A stretch of DNA of 63,399 nucleotides, the filler included, from Octopus bimaculoides (taxonomy: Eukaryota), in assembly GCF_001194135.2 (NCBI RefSeq). It is 6 parts of 5 records of this genome, joined end to end, with 100 filler letters (N's around TTAATTAATTAA, not from the genome) between each part and the next. Parts side by side here need not be neighbours in the genome. Positions count along the whole stretch, not along the records: positions 1 to 16,842 come from NC_068998.1; positions 16,943 to 26,789 come from NC_068981.1; 4 more parts are not named here. One strand, 5' to 3'. The notes under the pieces are model-generated. The model had not been told where the DNA came from. It searched no databases and saw nothing but the letters and a program-made list of their open reading frames with translations. Every line of letters starts with the position of its first letter. The first letter of the stretch is position 1. This document shows, piece by piece, positions 14,738 through 26,889 of this stretch. Both the position numbers and the translations under genes were made by a program.

Positions 14738-15792
14738 ACAATTCAATGATTGAAACATAAAAAAAAGAATCAAAGAATATGTAAGTATATCGATGACCTG
14801 TTGGTAAAAAGGAGTGGAGTGCCTCTGATCGAGGCTAAATTCTCTCAGGTCATCTGGGTTTATATAATTAGAAAGCTGAAAGTAAAGGAACATGTAAGGG
14901 ACCAAATGAGTTGTGAAATTATCAATATGTCAATTAGAGAATTTATGCAAATAAAGAATAATAATTGTAAAAATGTTTATTTTTAATTACATTACATCAT
15001 CACATTTATTTTCAGAATTATGTAAAAATATGCGACTCATTAATATATTCAGATTTCTGTAAGTTGATATTTAAATATATGAAAGATTATGTTATCTTTT
15101 TTGTTTTTACGTTAGAATCGATGCCACATCAAACATAATTTTGTGTGAAAGTTAGGAATATTGACATTTGTTTGCTGTGTAGTCATATGTATTTTTTTAA
15201 CATGTGCAACAGGAGGAATATGATCAAAGTGATATTGTGATATTTGTGTTAAGAAAAAAAGGAACTGTGAGTGAGGAGATTAAATTTCAGATAAATGTAT
15301 ATCACACGTATAAATATAAATATAAATATATATGCGTGCGTATGTGTATATGTACATATAGATGCATGCATATATACATACATATCATATATATATGTAT
15401 ATATTTATGTGTGAGTGTGAGTGATTATAGCAGTGACTCGATCAATTCCTAGCGATATCTGAAGAAGGATTTTTTGTATAGTGCAAGATATTTATCATAT
15501 CAAAATATGTATAATTATTTTAATAGTTTATAATATTGTAAGATATCTTTTGGGGAAATTATATATATATTCCTGTATATTTTGAATGCACATATTTGTG
15601 TTTAATACACCATTCGTTATATGGTGGTATGAACAAGAAAAGTATTCATTGCAGTGAGAATGATGTATCCTTCAATGAATGATTGACAGATCGTGCACGA
15701 TATGCTATACAAGTATCGCTCCATTGCCGAAATAGTATATTTCCCTGAAACTTGAAATAGCTTACGTATTTCACCTCTATTCATTCAGTAAT

Positions 15793-15828
<36 letters not shown>

Positions 15829-16808
15829 ATTACTGAATGANNNNNNNNNNNNNNNNNNNNNNNNNNNNNNNNNNNNNNNNNNNNNNNNNNNNNNNNNNNN
15901 NNNNNNNNNNNNNNNNNNNNNNNNNNNNNNNNATATATATATATATATACATATGTATAGGGGCGGGGCGTGTGCATTTCTATTTGTGAGTTTATGAGAT
16001 ACAAAGCATCACTCCCAAGCAATAACAACGTGGCTACGTGTACCATACTTTCGCTAATTGTTGATTTATGTGCTTATGTAGTAGTGAAGATGCAAAAACT
16101 CTCTTTCGCTCCACCAATACTGAATCAGCCGAAGATCCAGGTTATTACTAAAAGAAAAAAGAGGAAGGGGCATAAATGTGATCTGATGCAAGTAACCAGG
16201 CATCGACAATAGAAGAAACGATCTTACTCCTGCATGATCATGATCATTTGTCCGATGCACTAACAAGTCTGTCACGTGTCTCCAGGTTCGAAAACACGTC
16301 CAAACATGCATGTGTACCATTATGTATTTCGTTAGTATGTGACATATGTCCATGTTTACGATCGCTTAACACACTCTAAGAATTATTACAGCAGTTTTCG
16401 CCCTAGCTCACTTTCGTACTAATAGAATTACTATAATCTACGTGTTATAACAATAAGTGAGATATGTCAAAGTAATATATAGATGGCTGAATACATACAT
16501 ATATATATATACATAGATACATACACATACACACACCCACAGATGAATTTATGTTATACTTATATATCGCTTCTTTAACTTATGCATCTCCTACATTGTA
16601 GTGCATATATGAATATGTAAATATATACATACAAGTATAGATACATATATATGTGTGTGTATGTGACTATCTACCTGTCATCCTTCGAAATATATGTGAA
16701 AGTAACTATATATGCATATGTATTTGTGTGTATGTATAAATGTGTGTGTGTATATATGTGTGTGTCTGTATACATATATATATTTATATATATGTATATA
16801 TATGTATA

Positions 16809-16842
<34 letters not shown>

Positions 16843-16942
16843 NNNNNNNNNNNNNNNNNNNNNNNNNNNNNNNNNNNNNNNNNNNNTTAATTAATTAANN
16901 NNNNNNNNNNNNNNNNNNNNNNNNNNNNNNNNNNNNNNNNNN
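16843..16942. other. Assembly gap placeholder N44-TTAATTAATTAA-N44 (also at 26834, 41064, 47303, 59225)
   Basis: An identical 12-mer, giving stops in all six frames, centred in 100-bp gaps five times. Artefact, not biology. Confidence 0.95.
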
Positions 16943-17574
16943 GCACTTAGACAAATTACTGAAGCTACACACATAATAGAAGAGAAACCTAGCCTGAATA
17001 GGAAACTAGAATGGAACACTAACACACACCACTAACAAACCACAAACCACAGCATGTGACAACATGTTACCCGTAAACCAATAATAATATGAACAAAGTA
17101 TAATACAATACATAGATAAACAAATAGAATTAAATACTACATACGTTAACAAAATTTAATTAAACACAAAAAAAAAACACAACAAACAAAAAAATACACA
17201 CACACACACACACATGAACAAATAAATAAATAAAACAAATACAAACGAACACGTATTAACAGAGTATATAGGTGATACAAACACTCCCCATACACACATG
17301 CACTTACAAAAGACACAGACACATTGAAAGACACGCATGCGTAGACACATACAATAGGAATACAGAATACAAAATGGCTGATATTTAGCAAGGTGAGACA
17401 CACATAAGAAGGAAGGAAACAAAGGACCACTGATGAGGTCACAGAAGTGTGACGAAAGAACTCTGGCCGAAATAAGATTAAGATTAATGTAATATAAAGC
17501 TGAAGCAAATTAACACCAAATATACAGTGCGTGTGTTTTTATTGGCTAAACTGGCAATATGACCATCCCCAAGT

Positions 17575-17582
<8 letters not shown>
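16943..17582 (+). mobile_element. 3' end of a Penelope-like element: GIY-YIG C-terminus plus 3' UTR/pseudo-LTR with hammerhead
   Basis: 16943..17035 reads ALRQITEATHIIEEKPSLNRKLEWNTNTHH*, matching the PLE endonuclease C-terminal R...EA..I....P.LN...E motif. Followed by an A-rich UTR and the HHR at 17424. The 5' side is an assembly gap. Confidence 0.7.
17424..17468 (+). ncRNA. Type I minimal hammerhead ribozyme
   Basis: GG(A)CCA-CUGAUGA-G-[GUCACA GAAG UGUGAC]-GAAA-G AA C-UC/UGGCC: intact core, 6-bp helix II with tetraloop, 2-bp helix III, CUC cleavage triplet, helix I GG(A)CCA:UGGCC. Confidence 0.85.
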
Positions 17583-17624
<42 letters not shown>

Positions 17625-17649
17625 ATATGTATGTATACATATACATATG

Positions 17650-19392
17650 GAGGAGGAAGTATTTGGCTAAAAGTAAACTGCTTTACTTGACAGAAAAAGT
17701 ATTTGGTCAAAATTAAGCCATTGTACTTGAATTTTGTTGACCTGGAGAGAGCTTTTGACAGAGTCCCTTGCTCCATTATCTGGTGGTCTCTAAAAAAGTT
17801 AGAAGTAGATGAGTGGCTTGTTAGAGTTGTACAAGCCATGTACAGTGCTGCTATCAGTCAACCATGAATATAGTGATGAATGTAGTTCTCAGTCCACTCT
17901 TATTCATCATAGTCCTCCAGGCCATAACAAAGGAATTCAGAACAGGCTACCTGTAGGAACTACTATATGCTGATGACCTTGCTTTTATTGCAGAATCTGT
18001 AGCAGCATTGTAGAAGAAATACCAGGAACCAAAGAGCGTTAAAGTTAACCTAGCAAAGGCCAAAGTTGTTGATAGCAAGAAAGTAGATAAGACTTTCTTC
18101 CCATCAGGTAAATAGTCCTGCTCAATATATAGGAAAAGAATTGGAAATAATTCCATTTGTTGCACCCAGTGGACACATAAGAGGTGCAGTGGAATCACAG
18201 TTAGATTCACAGAAAAACTTCTCTTCATATGTGGCAGATGTGCATGAACAATACGCTCTCAGAACACATAGGAATCAAGCTCTCTCAAATGTCCAGGAGG
18301 CTCTCTTGAGGTTGTAGATAGTTTCTGTTACCTAGGTGACCAAATTAGCAATGGTGGGATAAGAATAGGCTGGAGGAAGTTCAGAGAACTATTACCTCTG
18401 ATGACAACGAAAGTACTCTCAGAGTGAAAGACAGATTGTATGATGCTTGTGTATAAATTCCATGGTAGTAAGACATGGATTCTGAATGTAGAAGACATGC
18501 AAAGACTTGAGAGGAATGAAGGTAGTATGCTTCGTTGGGTGTGCAACATCTGTGTGCATGTACAACAAAGTGCAAATGTGCTGAGAGAAAAGTTGAACAT
18601 AGGAGGAATCAGATGCAGCTTGCAATAGAGAAGACTAAGCTGGTTTGGACATGTGATGTGTATGAATGAAGACAACTGTATAAAGAAGTGCCAATCACTG
18701 AAAGTAGACGGCAGCTGTAGAAGAGGTAGACCCAAGAAGACATGAGATGAAGTGGTGAGGATATTGGGCCTCTCAGAGGAAATGACAATGGACTGAGATG
18801 TCTGATGATATGAGGTTCTTGAGAAGACCTGCCCATGTCAGCTAAACTGAGTTCTTAGAGCATTGTGTTCCACTAACATGTAACAATAAAACTTTTCACA
18901 CACCCTACCCCAACAAACTAAACTACATCTCTTCCTCACATTTCCTCTTTTACATGCACTATGCTTATCTCTTGCTTCCCAATACTGTCCTCACTGCCCT
19001 GCTCACTGTATCATTGCTATCTTGTTGTCCTCCAACCCCTCATATACCCATATACTGCATTCTTCCTCCTCCACACTCTTTACATTCATTTGAAGTCCCT
19101 ACTCCCTACTCATGCACTGTTGGCAATACTCTACCATCTCATTTATATTCTGATCCTCGTACCTTCAGGGTATGCCCTGGCACTTTGCTACAATCTCTCT
19201 CCTGCTCTCTCACACTCTTGCTCTCTTCCACTCTCTCTCATCCTTGATCACTCACTCTGTCGCTCTCCCTTTCTCTTGTTCTCTTCCTCTGACTGGGTAA
19301 CCATGTATCTCTTCTGCATCAAGACACATGTTTCTACCCTTCTGTCACACTTTAACCTCTCATCATGTGGCACAAGGTTACCTCTTCCAACG

Positions 19393-19428
<36 letters not shown>

Positions 19429-19777
19429 ACACACACACACACACACACACACTCAAAGGAACTTTGTTTTGCAAGTGACTTGGTGACCAAGTCAGTGCTG
19501 ATACTTTGTAAAAAGCATCCAGTTCACACTGTAAAGTGGGTGGCATTTAGAAGAGCATCCAGCTCTAAAGACCATGCCAAAACAGACCTTGTCAGTGCTG
19601 GTGGCATGTAAAAAGCACTCAGACCACTCTCTGTGGTGGTAGGTATTAGGAAGGGCATCCAGCCATAAAAACCATGCCAAAACAGATAGTGAAGCTTGGT
19701 GCAGTCTTTAGACTAGCCAGCTCCTGTCAAATTGTCCAACCCATGCCAGTATGGAAAACGGCTTTTAAATGATGATG
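17650..19777 (+). mobile_element. RTE-type LINE, 5'-truncated and degenerate: RT, Cys-rich PHD-like segment, 3' UTR and (GAT)n tail
   Basis: Frames give KYLAKSKLLYL..FVDLERAFDRVP..IIWWSL, ELLYADDL, CTQWTHKRC, GRGRPKKTWDEVV. Ends in aacccatgccagtatggaaaacgg..aaatgatgatg, shared with the other copies in the window. Confidence 0.85.
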
Positions 19778-19844
19778 TATGTATGCATGCATGCTTGCTT
19801 GTATGTATATGTACAGTAGCAAGCAAAAAAAGAGAACAATTAAT

Positions 19845-19928
19845 CATCATCATCGTTTAACGTCCGCTTTCCATGCTGGCATGGGTTGGACGATTTGACT
19901 GAGGACTGGCGAACCAGATGGCTGCACT
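19845..19928 (-). mobile_element. LINE/SINE 3' tail fragment nested inside the left Tc1 TIR
   Basis: catcatcatcgtttaacgtccgctttccatgctggcatgggttggac is the reverse complement of the RTE tail; it replaces about 21 bp that are present in the right TIR. Confidence 0.85.
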
Positions 19929-20181
19929 GCTAGTGAACGTACAAATTCATAATTGGTTTCGTAAACATGGTTAACCATAAGCTAAATTCTCTGAAAAAGT
20001 CTAAGTTTGTACAATGGTCTTAATAAAAGTTAATAACACTAACACTAGTTTCGTCCAAATGTCTCATGTGCAAAATAAGAGAACGATTAGATTCCTTCAG
20101 AAATTTCTAAAAATTTCAAACATTGTTTACATTTGTACGCTCAACATTACTACTGACTCAGTATTGTGCTAGCTTCCGAAC

Positions 20182-21197
20182 ATGGCACACCATGCTAAAG
20201 TTACTCCCAACCTTCGAAAAGAAATTGTCAGGATGAAAGTTTCAGGAATGACTCTTTTGGCTATTTCACGAGACATAAGGAGATCTAAAAGTGTAGTTTC
20301 ATGTGTTCTTAAGCTATATGAAGAAACTAAAGGTTTTGAACCGAAAAAGGCAACTGGAAGACCATTGCAAAACCTCCATGTGAGATGATCGAGACATGAA
20401 ATGGTACATATTGAAGGATTCTTTCAAGACTGTGACTGGAATTTCTAAGAAAATAAAAGTAAATAAATATATGGAAGTGAGCCACTTTACAGTGTCTTGT
20501 CATCTGAAGAAATTTGGATTAACGACTTGTTCCTCAGCAACAAAACCTACCATCAGCAAGAACAAATTGGAAAGACTTTCATTTGCAGAAGCTTATGAAC
20601 TGGAGGGATGAAAATTGATCAAAAGTTCATTTTAGCGATGAAAGCAAATTCAATTTAGTAGGTTCAGATGGTAGACAGTATATTAGATGGTTTGAAGGAG
20701 ATCAGCTAAAATCCAAGTGCCTGAAGAAATCTGCCAAGTTTGGAGGAGGAAACGTCTTGGTGTGGGGAATGATTTCTTCCGAAGGAGTTGGCCCTCTAGT
20801 GCAGATTAAAGGGACTATTAATGCTAATATCTATTTGAATTTGGTTAAAATGTGATCCCATCATTACGAGCATTTCCGAATCAACTGTGTATTTTCATGC
20901 AAGATCACGCTCCTTGTCATATTGCAAAGCATGTCACTGGATTCTTTAGTGAACAAAATATCCAAAGTAATGAAGTGGCCAGTACAAAGTCCAGACTTAA
21001 ATCCAATCAAAAACCTTTGGAAGATACTTGGAGACAAAGTAACACAAAGGGCACCAACTACTACAATAAATTTATGGGAGATATTAGAAGAGGAATGGAA
21101 GAAAGTAAAACCTGACTTGTGCAGGAAACTTGTTATGTCCTGTGGCAATTGATGTGCAGAGGTGATCTCCAACAAAGGTCTACAAACATCATACTAA
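20182..21197 (+). pseudogene. Tc1 transposase pseudogene (DD34E)
   Basis: HTH region MAHHAKVTPNLRKEIV..GRP; SDESKFNL; KFGGGNVLVWGMIS; FMQDHAPCH; WPVQSPDLNPIKNLW with 34 residues from D to the E position (E mutated to K). Several frameshifts and stops. Confidence 0.9.
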
Positions 21198-21495
21198 CTG
21201 TATTAAGTTCATATTTATATTTCTTTCAACCATTATTATGGTTTTGAGTTAATTGAAGCATTTTTTAGTTTGATTGTTTTCTTATTTTGCACATGAGACA
21301 TTTGGATGAAACTTGTATTAGTGATATATTAACTTTTATTAAGACCAATGTGCAAACTTAAGATTTTTCACAGAATTTAGCTGATAGGTAACCGTATTTA
21401 CAGAACCAATTGCGAATTTGCACGTTTACTAGCTTTTCCAAAATTAAAAAAAATATTAATCGTTCTCTTTTTTTGCTCACTACTATATATATATA

Positions 21496-23048
21496 ATCAT
21501 CATCATCATCATCATTTAACGTCCATTGTCCATGCTGACATGGGTTGGACGGTTTGACCAGGGCTGGCGAGCTCAAGAGCTGTACTAGACTCTAGTCTGA
21601 TTTGGCATGGTTTCTATGGTTGAATACCCTTCCTAATGTCAACCACTCTGAGAGTGTAATGGGTGCCAGTTATGTGGCACCAGTATCTGCCACAACTATG
21701 ATATCACTTGGCTTGATGGGTCTTCTACTCAAGCATATGGCCATAGGTCTCTGTCATTTGACATTGCCTCTGTGAGGCCCAATGCTCGAAAGGTGCCTTT
21801 TATGTGCCACCAGCACAGATACTAGTTGCGGAATACCAGCATCAGCCACATTTCTTCCATGTGGCCTAATGCTCGAAAGGTGCTTCTATGTGCCACCGGC
21901 ACAGGTGCTAGTTACGTGACACTTATAGTTGCTAGTTACATGACACCAGCAAAGGTGGTAGTTACATGACATCAGCATCAATCGCATTGCCTCTGTAAGG
22001 TTCAGTGCTCAAAAGGTGCTTTTTATGTACTACTGGCCCAAGTGCTATTTATGCAACAACAGCATCAATCACATTGCCTCCATGTGGCCAAATCCTTGAA
22101 AGGTACCTTTTACATGCCACCAGCATGGGTGCCAGTTATGTTACACTGGCATCAACCACAACTATGATTTCACTTGGTTTGATGGGTCTTCTCAAGCATG
22201 ACATATCACCAAAGGTGTTGGTCACTAATCACTACCTCCATGAGGCCCAACATTTGAAGATCATGCTTCACCACCTCATCCCATGTCTTCTTGGGTTTAC
22301 CTCTTCCACAGGTTCCCTCCACAGTTAGAGATCAACCCTTCTTTACGCAGCTGTCCTCATCCATATTCATCACATGACAATACCAGTGCAGTTGTCTCTC
22401 TTAAACACCACATCTAATGCCTCTTATGCCCAACTTTTCCCTCAAGACACACTCTGTTGTATATGTACACTAGCATTGCACATCCAGCAAAACATGCTAG
22501 CTTTATTTCTTTCAAGCTTATGCATGTCCTTGGTGATCACAGCTCATGTTTCACTTCTGTGTAGCATAGCTGTTCACACACGAGCATTGTACAGTCTGCC
22601 TTTCTCTCTAAGGGAGTGGCCTTTTGTTGCCAGCAGAGGTAGGAGCTCTCTAAACATTGCCCAGCCTAATCATATTCTAGCAGCTATGCTCTGAGAGTCC
22701 ACCTCTGCTGCTGACTTGGTGACGTAGATAACAGAAGCTATCAACCACCTCTGTCTTATACCTCTGGCATTTGATGGAGTCTTTTTTCTGTACATTTTAA
22801 GTGTTTATTGTACTTGTGCATCTTCTACACACAAAAACTATTTTCCCAGTTAATCTTGCTGCACCTCTTATGTGTCTGTAGCTTGCACCAGGTACATTTT
22901 ATGAAATTTCTACCTATGCCTTTCCTACAGATCGAGCAGGGCCATCTCCCTGAAGGCATATGTGATTTGTCTGCTTTCCTACTTACTAAGACTTTGGTTT
23001 TTGCTAGGTTAACTCTAAGGCCCTTCAATTTTAGATCTTGCTTCCACA
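21496..23048 (-). mobile_element. RTE-type LINE copy, 5'-truncated, minus strand
   Basis: MWKQDLKLKGLRVNLAKTKVLVSRKADKSHMPSGRWPCSICRKGIGRNFIKCTWCKLQTHKRC; reverse-complement tail starting at 21496; tandem duplicated motifs in the 3' UTR (21780-22140). Confidence 0.85.
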
Positions 23049-23104
23049 TGTGTGTGTGTGTTGGTATGTATACACACATGCATATGTGTGTATACATACC
23101 AATG

Positions 23105-25016
23105 TGGACCAAGTAATGAATGTTACTGAGAGAGTTATAGCTCTACTAATTAGGCAGAGAGTTAGTGTAGATGAGATGCAGTTTGGTTTTGTGCTTAGAA
23201 GAAGCACAACTGATGCTATATTTCTGGTAAGGCAACTGCAGGAGAAGTATTTCACCATAAATAAACCTATGTACTTGACTTTTGTCAACATGGAGAAAGC
23301 ATTCAGCTGGATCTCCCACTTCCTTATCTGGTGGTTAGTGCAGAAGCTAGTGATAGATGAGTAGTGAGAGCTGTACAAGCCATATACAAGGATGCTGCAA
23401 GTTGGCTGAAGGTTGGCAATACCTGTAGCAATGAACTCAGTGTACATGTAGGAGTTCAGCAGAGATTGGTTCTCAGCCCCCTCTTGTTTACCATTGTTCT
23501 CCAAGCCCTAACAGAGGAATTCAAGATTGGTTGCCCCTGGGAGCTCCTCAGTGCTGATGACCTTGTTCTTATAGCTGAATCACTACCTGACCTAGAGAAG
23601 AAATTTCAGGTGTGGAAGCAAGGCCTGAAATCTAAAAGCCTTAGAGTTGATTAAACAAAAACCAAAGTCTGAATAAGTAGGAAAACAGACAAATCACAAG
23701 TCCCTTTTGGGAGATGACCCTGCTCAGTATGTAAGAAGGGTGTTGGTAGAACCTCCATACATTGTATCCAGTGCAAGCTTTGGATGTATAAGAGGCGTAG
23801 CAGTATCACAGTCTAGTTAATGGAGAAAATAGTCTTTGTGTGTGGAAAATGTGTGGGTACACTAAGCATTAAAAATGTACAGGCGCAGGAGTGGCTGTGT
23901 GGTAAGTAGTTTGCTTACCAACCACATGGTTCTAGATTCAGTCCCACTGTGTGGCACCTTGGGCAAGTGTCTTCTATTATAGTCTTGGGCTGACCAAAGC
24001 TTTGTGAGTGGATTTGGTAGGCGGAAACTGAAAGAAGCCCGTTGTATATATGTATGTATATGTGTTTGTGTGTCTGTATTTGTCCCCTCAACATCGCTTG
24101 ATAACCGATGGTGGTGTGTTTACATCCCCGTATGTTAGCGGTTCTGCAAAAGAGACCGATAGAATAAGTACTAGGCTTACAAAGAATAAGTCCTGGGGTC
24201 GATTTGCTTGACTAAAGGTGGTGCTCCAGCATGGCCGCAGTCAAATGACTGAAACAAGTAAAAGAGTAAAGAGGCAATAGGCTCCCTCCAATGCTTGGTG
24301 GGGATCATAAGAAGTAGTAGATAGCTTCTGTTACCTAGGAGACCAAGTTAGCTGTGGAGTGGTAACTAAATGCCTTTCCCTCAGAGGAAAAGCAGATTGT
24401 ATGATGCTTACGTACATACAGTTATGGGCTTTGGCTACAGAGGACTTGTAAAGGCTTGAAAGAAATGAAGCTAGCATGCTCCACTGGATGGATAATGTCA
24501 GTGTGCATGATTTAAGAGGAAAACTGGGAATAAGTGGCATCAAATGTTGTTTGCAAGAGAGAAGACTGAGCTAGTTTGGTCATGTGATGTGTATGCATGA
24601 GGACAGCTGCATAAAGAAGTTCTGAGCTCTAATTGTTGGAGGAACATATGGAAGTGGTAGAGTCAGGAAAACACGGGACAAAGTGGTTAGAAAAGATGTT
24701 CAGGTGCTTGGCCTCACTGAGGAAATGACAAGGGATCAGGAGTTGTGGCAATTTGCTGTACTTGAGAAGATGCGTCAAATCAAGTAAAATTGCTGTCATC
24801 TATACATACAGGCTTGCCCTTTACAGGTGTCAGTGCCACTTAAAATGCACTCCTGTCAGTGGCATGTATAAAATAACTTAGCATGCTCTGTAGAGTAGTT
24901 GGCATCCAATTGTACAAACCATGCCACAACAAACAGCTGGAGTCTGGTTAGCTCCTATTAAACTGTTGAACCCATGCCAGCATGGAAAATGGATGTTAAA
25001 CAATGATGATGATGAT
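23105..25016 (+). mobile_element. RTE-type LINE copy (RT through 3' tail), split by a SINE
   Basis: VDEMQFGFV..RSTTDAIFLVRQLQEKY, GVQQRLVLSPLLFTIVL, WELLSADDLVLIAES; tail aacccatgccagcatggaaaatggatgttaaacaatgatgatgat. Confidence 0.9.
23881..24273 (+). mobile_element. Near full-length tRNA-derived SINE (octopus-type)
   Basis: A-box-like TGGCTGTGTGG, B-box-like GATTCAGTCCC, central (TA/TG) tract, tail gaaacaagtaaaagagtaaagag. Interrupts the LINE. Further copies at 11.1, 14.4, 34.6, 41.1, 49.4 and 62.3 kb. Confidence 0.9.
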
Positions 25017-25036
25017 ACATATGTGTGTGTGTGTCT

Positions 25037-26789
25037 GTCACCCTAAAAGACCATAAAGATAATTTTAATAGAAACCCCAAATGTAGATTAATTAATCCTG
25101 CAAAGACTGAAATTGGGATTATTAGCAAATATATTTTAGACCGGATTTTAACTAAGTTAGATAGTGATTTAAATTTACGGATTTGGAAAAATAATAAGTC
25201 AGTTATAGATTGGTTTAAGGGGATTAGTAATAAGCACAGCTGCAAATTTACGCAGTTCGATATTGTTGATTTTTACCCATCAATATCCAGACCTTTGCTC
25301 CTGAAAGCATTAGAATTCGCCAAACAGTATGTCAATATCGATAGCTCGGAAATAGACATTATAATGCATGCAAGAAAATCACTGCTTTTTCATGAAGGAT
25401 CCACCTGGATTAAAAAGAGTGAAGATTCTCTTTTCGATGTACCGATGGGGGCATNNNNNNNNNNNNNNNNNNNNNNNNNNNNNNNNNNNNNNNNNNNNNN
25501 NNNNNNNNNNNNNNNNNNNNNNNNNNNNNNNNNNNNNNNNNNNNNNNNNNNNNNNNNNNNNNNNNNNNNNNNNNNNNNNNNNNNNNNNNNNNNNNNNNNN
25601 NNNNNNNNNNNNNNNNNNNNNNNNNNNNNNNNNNNNNNNNNNNNNNNNNNNNNNNNNNNNNNNNNNNNNNNNNNNNNNNNNNNNNNNNNNNNNNNNNNNN
25701 NNNNNNNNNNNNNNNNNNNNNNNNNNNNNNNNNNNNNNNNNNNNNNNNNNNNNNNNNNNNNNCATAACTTTCTTCCAAAGGATAGGTTTACGGATCACAG
25801 TAGATACCAACCTAAAAAAAGTAGATTTCTTAGACGTAAATTTAGACTTGAATTCGAATATATTTAAGCCTTACCGTAAACCAAACGACAAACTATCCTA
25901 TATCAGCAGAGAATCCAACCATCCGCCTGTTATTCTTAGAAACTTAGTTAGTAACGTAGGTAGGTGAATTTCGTCAATTTCTGCAGACGAAGCAACATTC
26001 CGTAACGCGGCACCGTATTATGATAGTGCTTTAAGGAATAGTGGATTTTCTGAGAGGATCCAGTACACCCAGTCTAATGCTGGAAGCAGTGCAGCACGTA
26101 GAACTAGGACCAGGAAAGCTTTGTGGTTCAACCCAGCTTTCAATATGGCCGTAAGAATGAATATAGGTAAAGAATTCTTAAAATTGGTCATTAGGCACTT
26201 TCAACCTGATCATAAGTTTTACAGAATATTTAATAGAAGAACGCTTAAGATTAGCTATTCTTGCTGCAAGAACTTCGCCTCTTTAATCAGCCAGCACAAC
26301 AATAAAATAATTGCCAAAAACAATAATGCCGACCAGCTTACAAAGACCTGTAATTGCAAAGACCCAACCTCCTGTCTGTTGGAAGGGAGATGTCTAGAAA
26401 AGGGTATCGTGTATACGGCCAAAGTTCAGATAGAAGGCTCGCATGATTATAGAACATACACAGGGGCTACAGAAAATTCTTTCAAAACCAGACTGTATTC
26501 GCATAAAAATTCTTTTAGGTACCCTGAAAATAGGACAAAGATGAGCCTGGCAAAATACGTCTGGCATTTAAAGGAGAATGAAGCCCAGCCTTTCAACGTG
26601 ACATGGAGGATTTTAGGCAAGGCATCGCCTTACAGACACGGTGCCCATAAAAGACCATTGAAATGTGATCTTTGTTTATTGGAAAAAATGAATATCTTAT
26701 TCCAGGATAAGAAGGCGCTAAACCAAAGACGCGAACTTTTAAATACATGTAGGCATGCGTCCAAATTTAAAATATCTGCATATAATATT
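25037..26789 (+). mobile_element. Penelope-like retroelement, Naiad-like clade: RT plus C-terminal GIY-YIG endonuclease
   Basis: VTLKDHKDNFNRNPKCRLINPAKTEIG; QFDIVDFYPSI; FDVPMG; VDFLDVNLDL..FKPYRKPND..YI..ESNHPP; WFNP; linker CNCKDPTSCLLEGRC; GIVY..YTGATENSFKTRLYSHKNSF; CDLCLLEKMNI..LNQRRELLNTCRH. One in-frame TGA at 25965-25967; the catalytic RT core falls in the N gap. Confidence 0.9.
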
Positions 26790-26889
26790 NNNNNNNNNNN
26801 NNNNNNNNNNNNNNNNNNNNNNNNNNNNNNNNNTTAATTAATTAANNNNNNNNNNNNNNNNNNNNNNNNNNNNNNNNNNNNNNNNNNNN

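Larger units (their letters stand above)
19814..21485 (+). mobile_element. Tc1-family DNA transposon with long (about 240 bp) TIRs and TA TSD, decayed
   Basis: TA|CAGTAGCAAGCAAAAAAAGAGAACAATTAAT at left mirrors ATTAATCGTTCTCTTTTTTTGCTCACTACTA|TA at right; the inverted homology continues 19929..20095 versus about 21270..21433. Confidence 0.9.

Noticed and set aside
14750-14986. ORF containing YIDDLLV (RT-like YxDD)
   Set aside because: No other RT motifs in any nearby frame; treated as chance.
16887-16898. TTAATTAATTAA islands inside N runs (five times)
   Set aside because: Always centred in N44-12-N44 blocks and gives stops in all six frames: a scaffolding placeholder.
25965-25967. TGA as selenocysteine
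   Set aside because: The position corresponds to Arg in related PLE sequences, not to a conserved Cys; retained only as a check.
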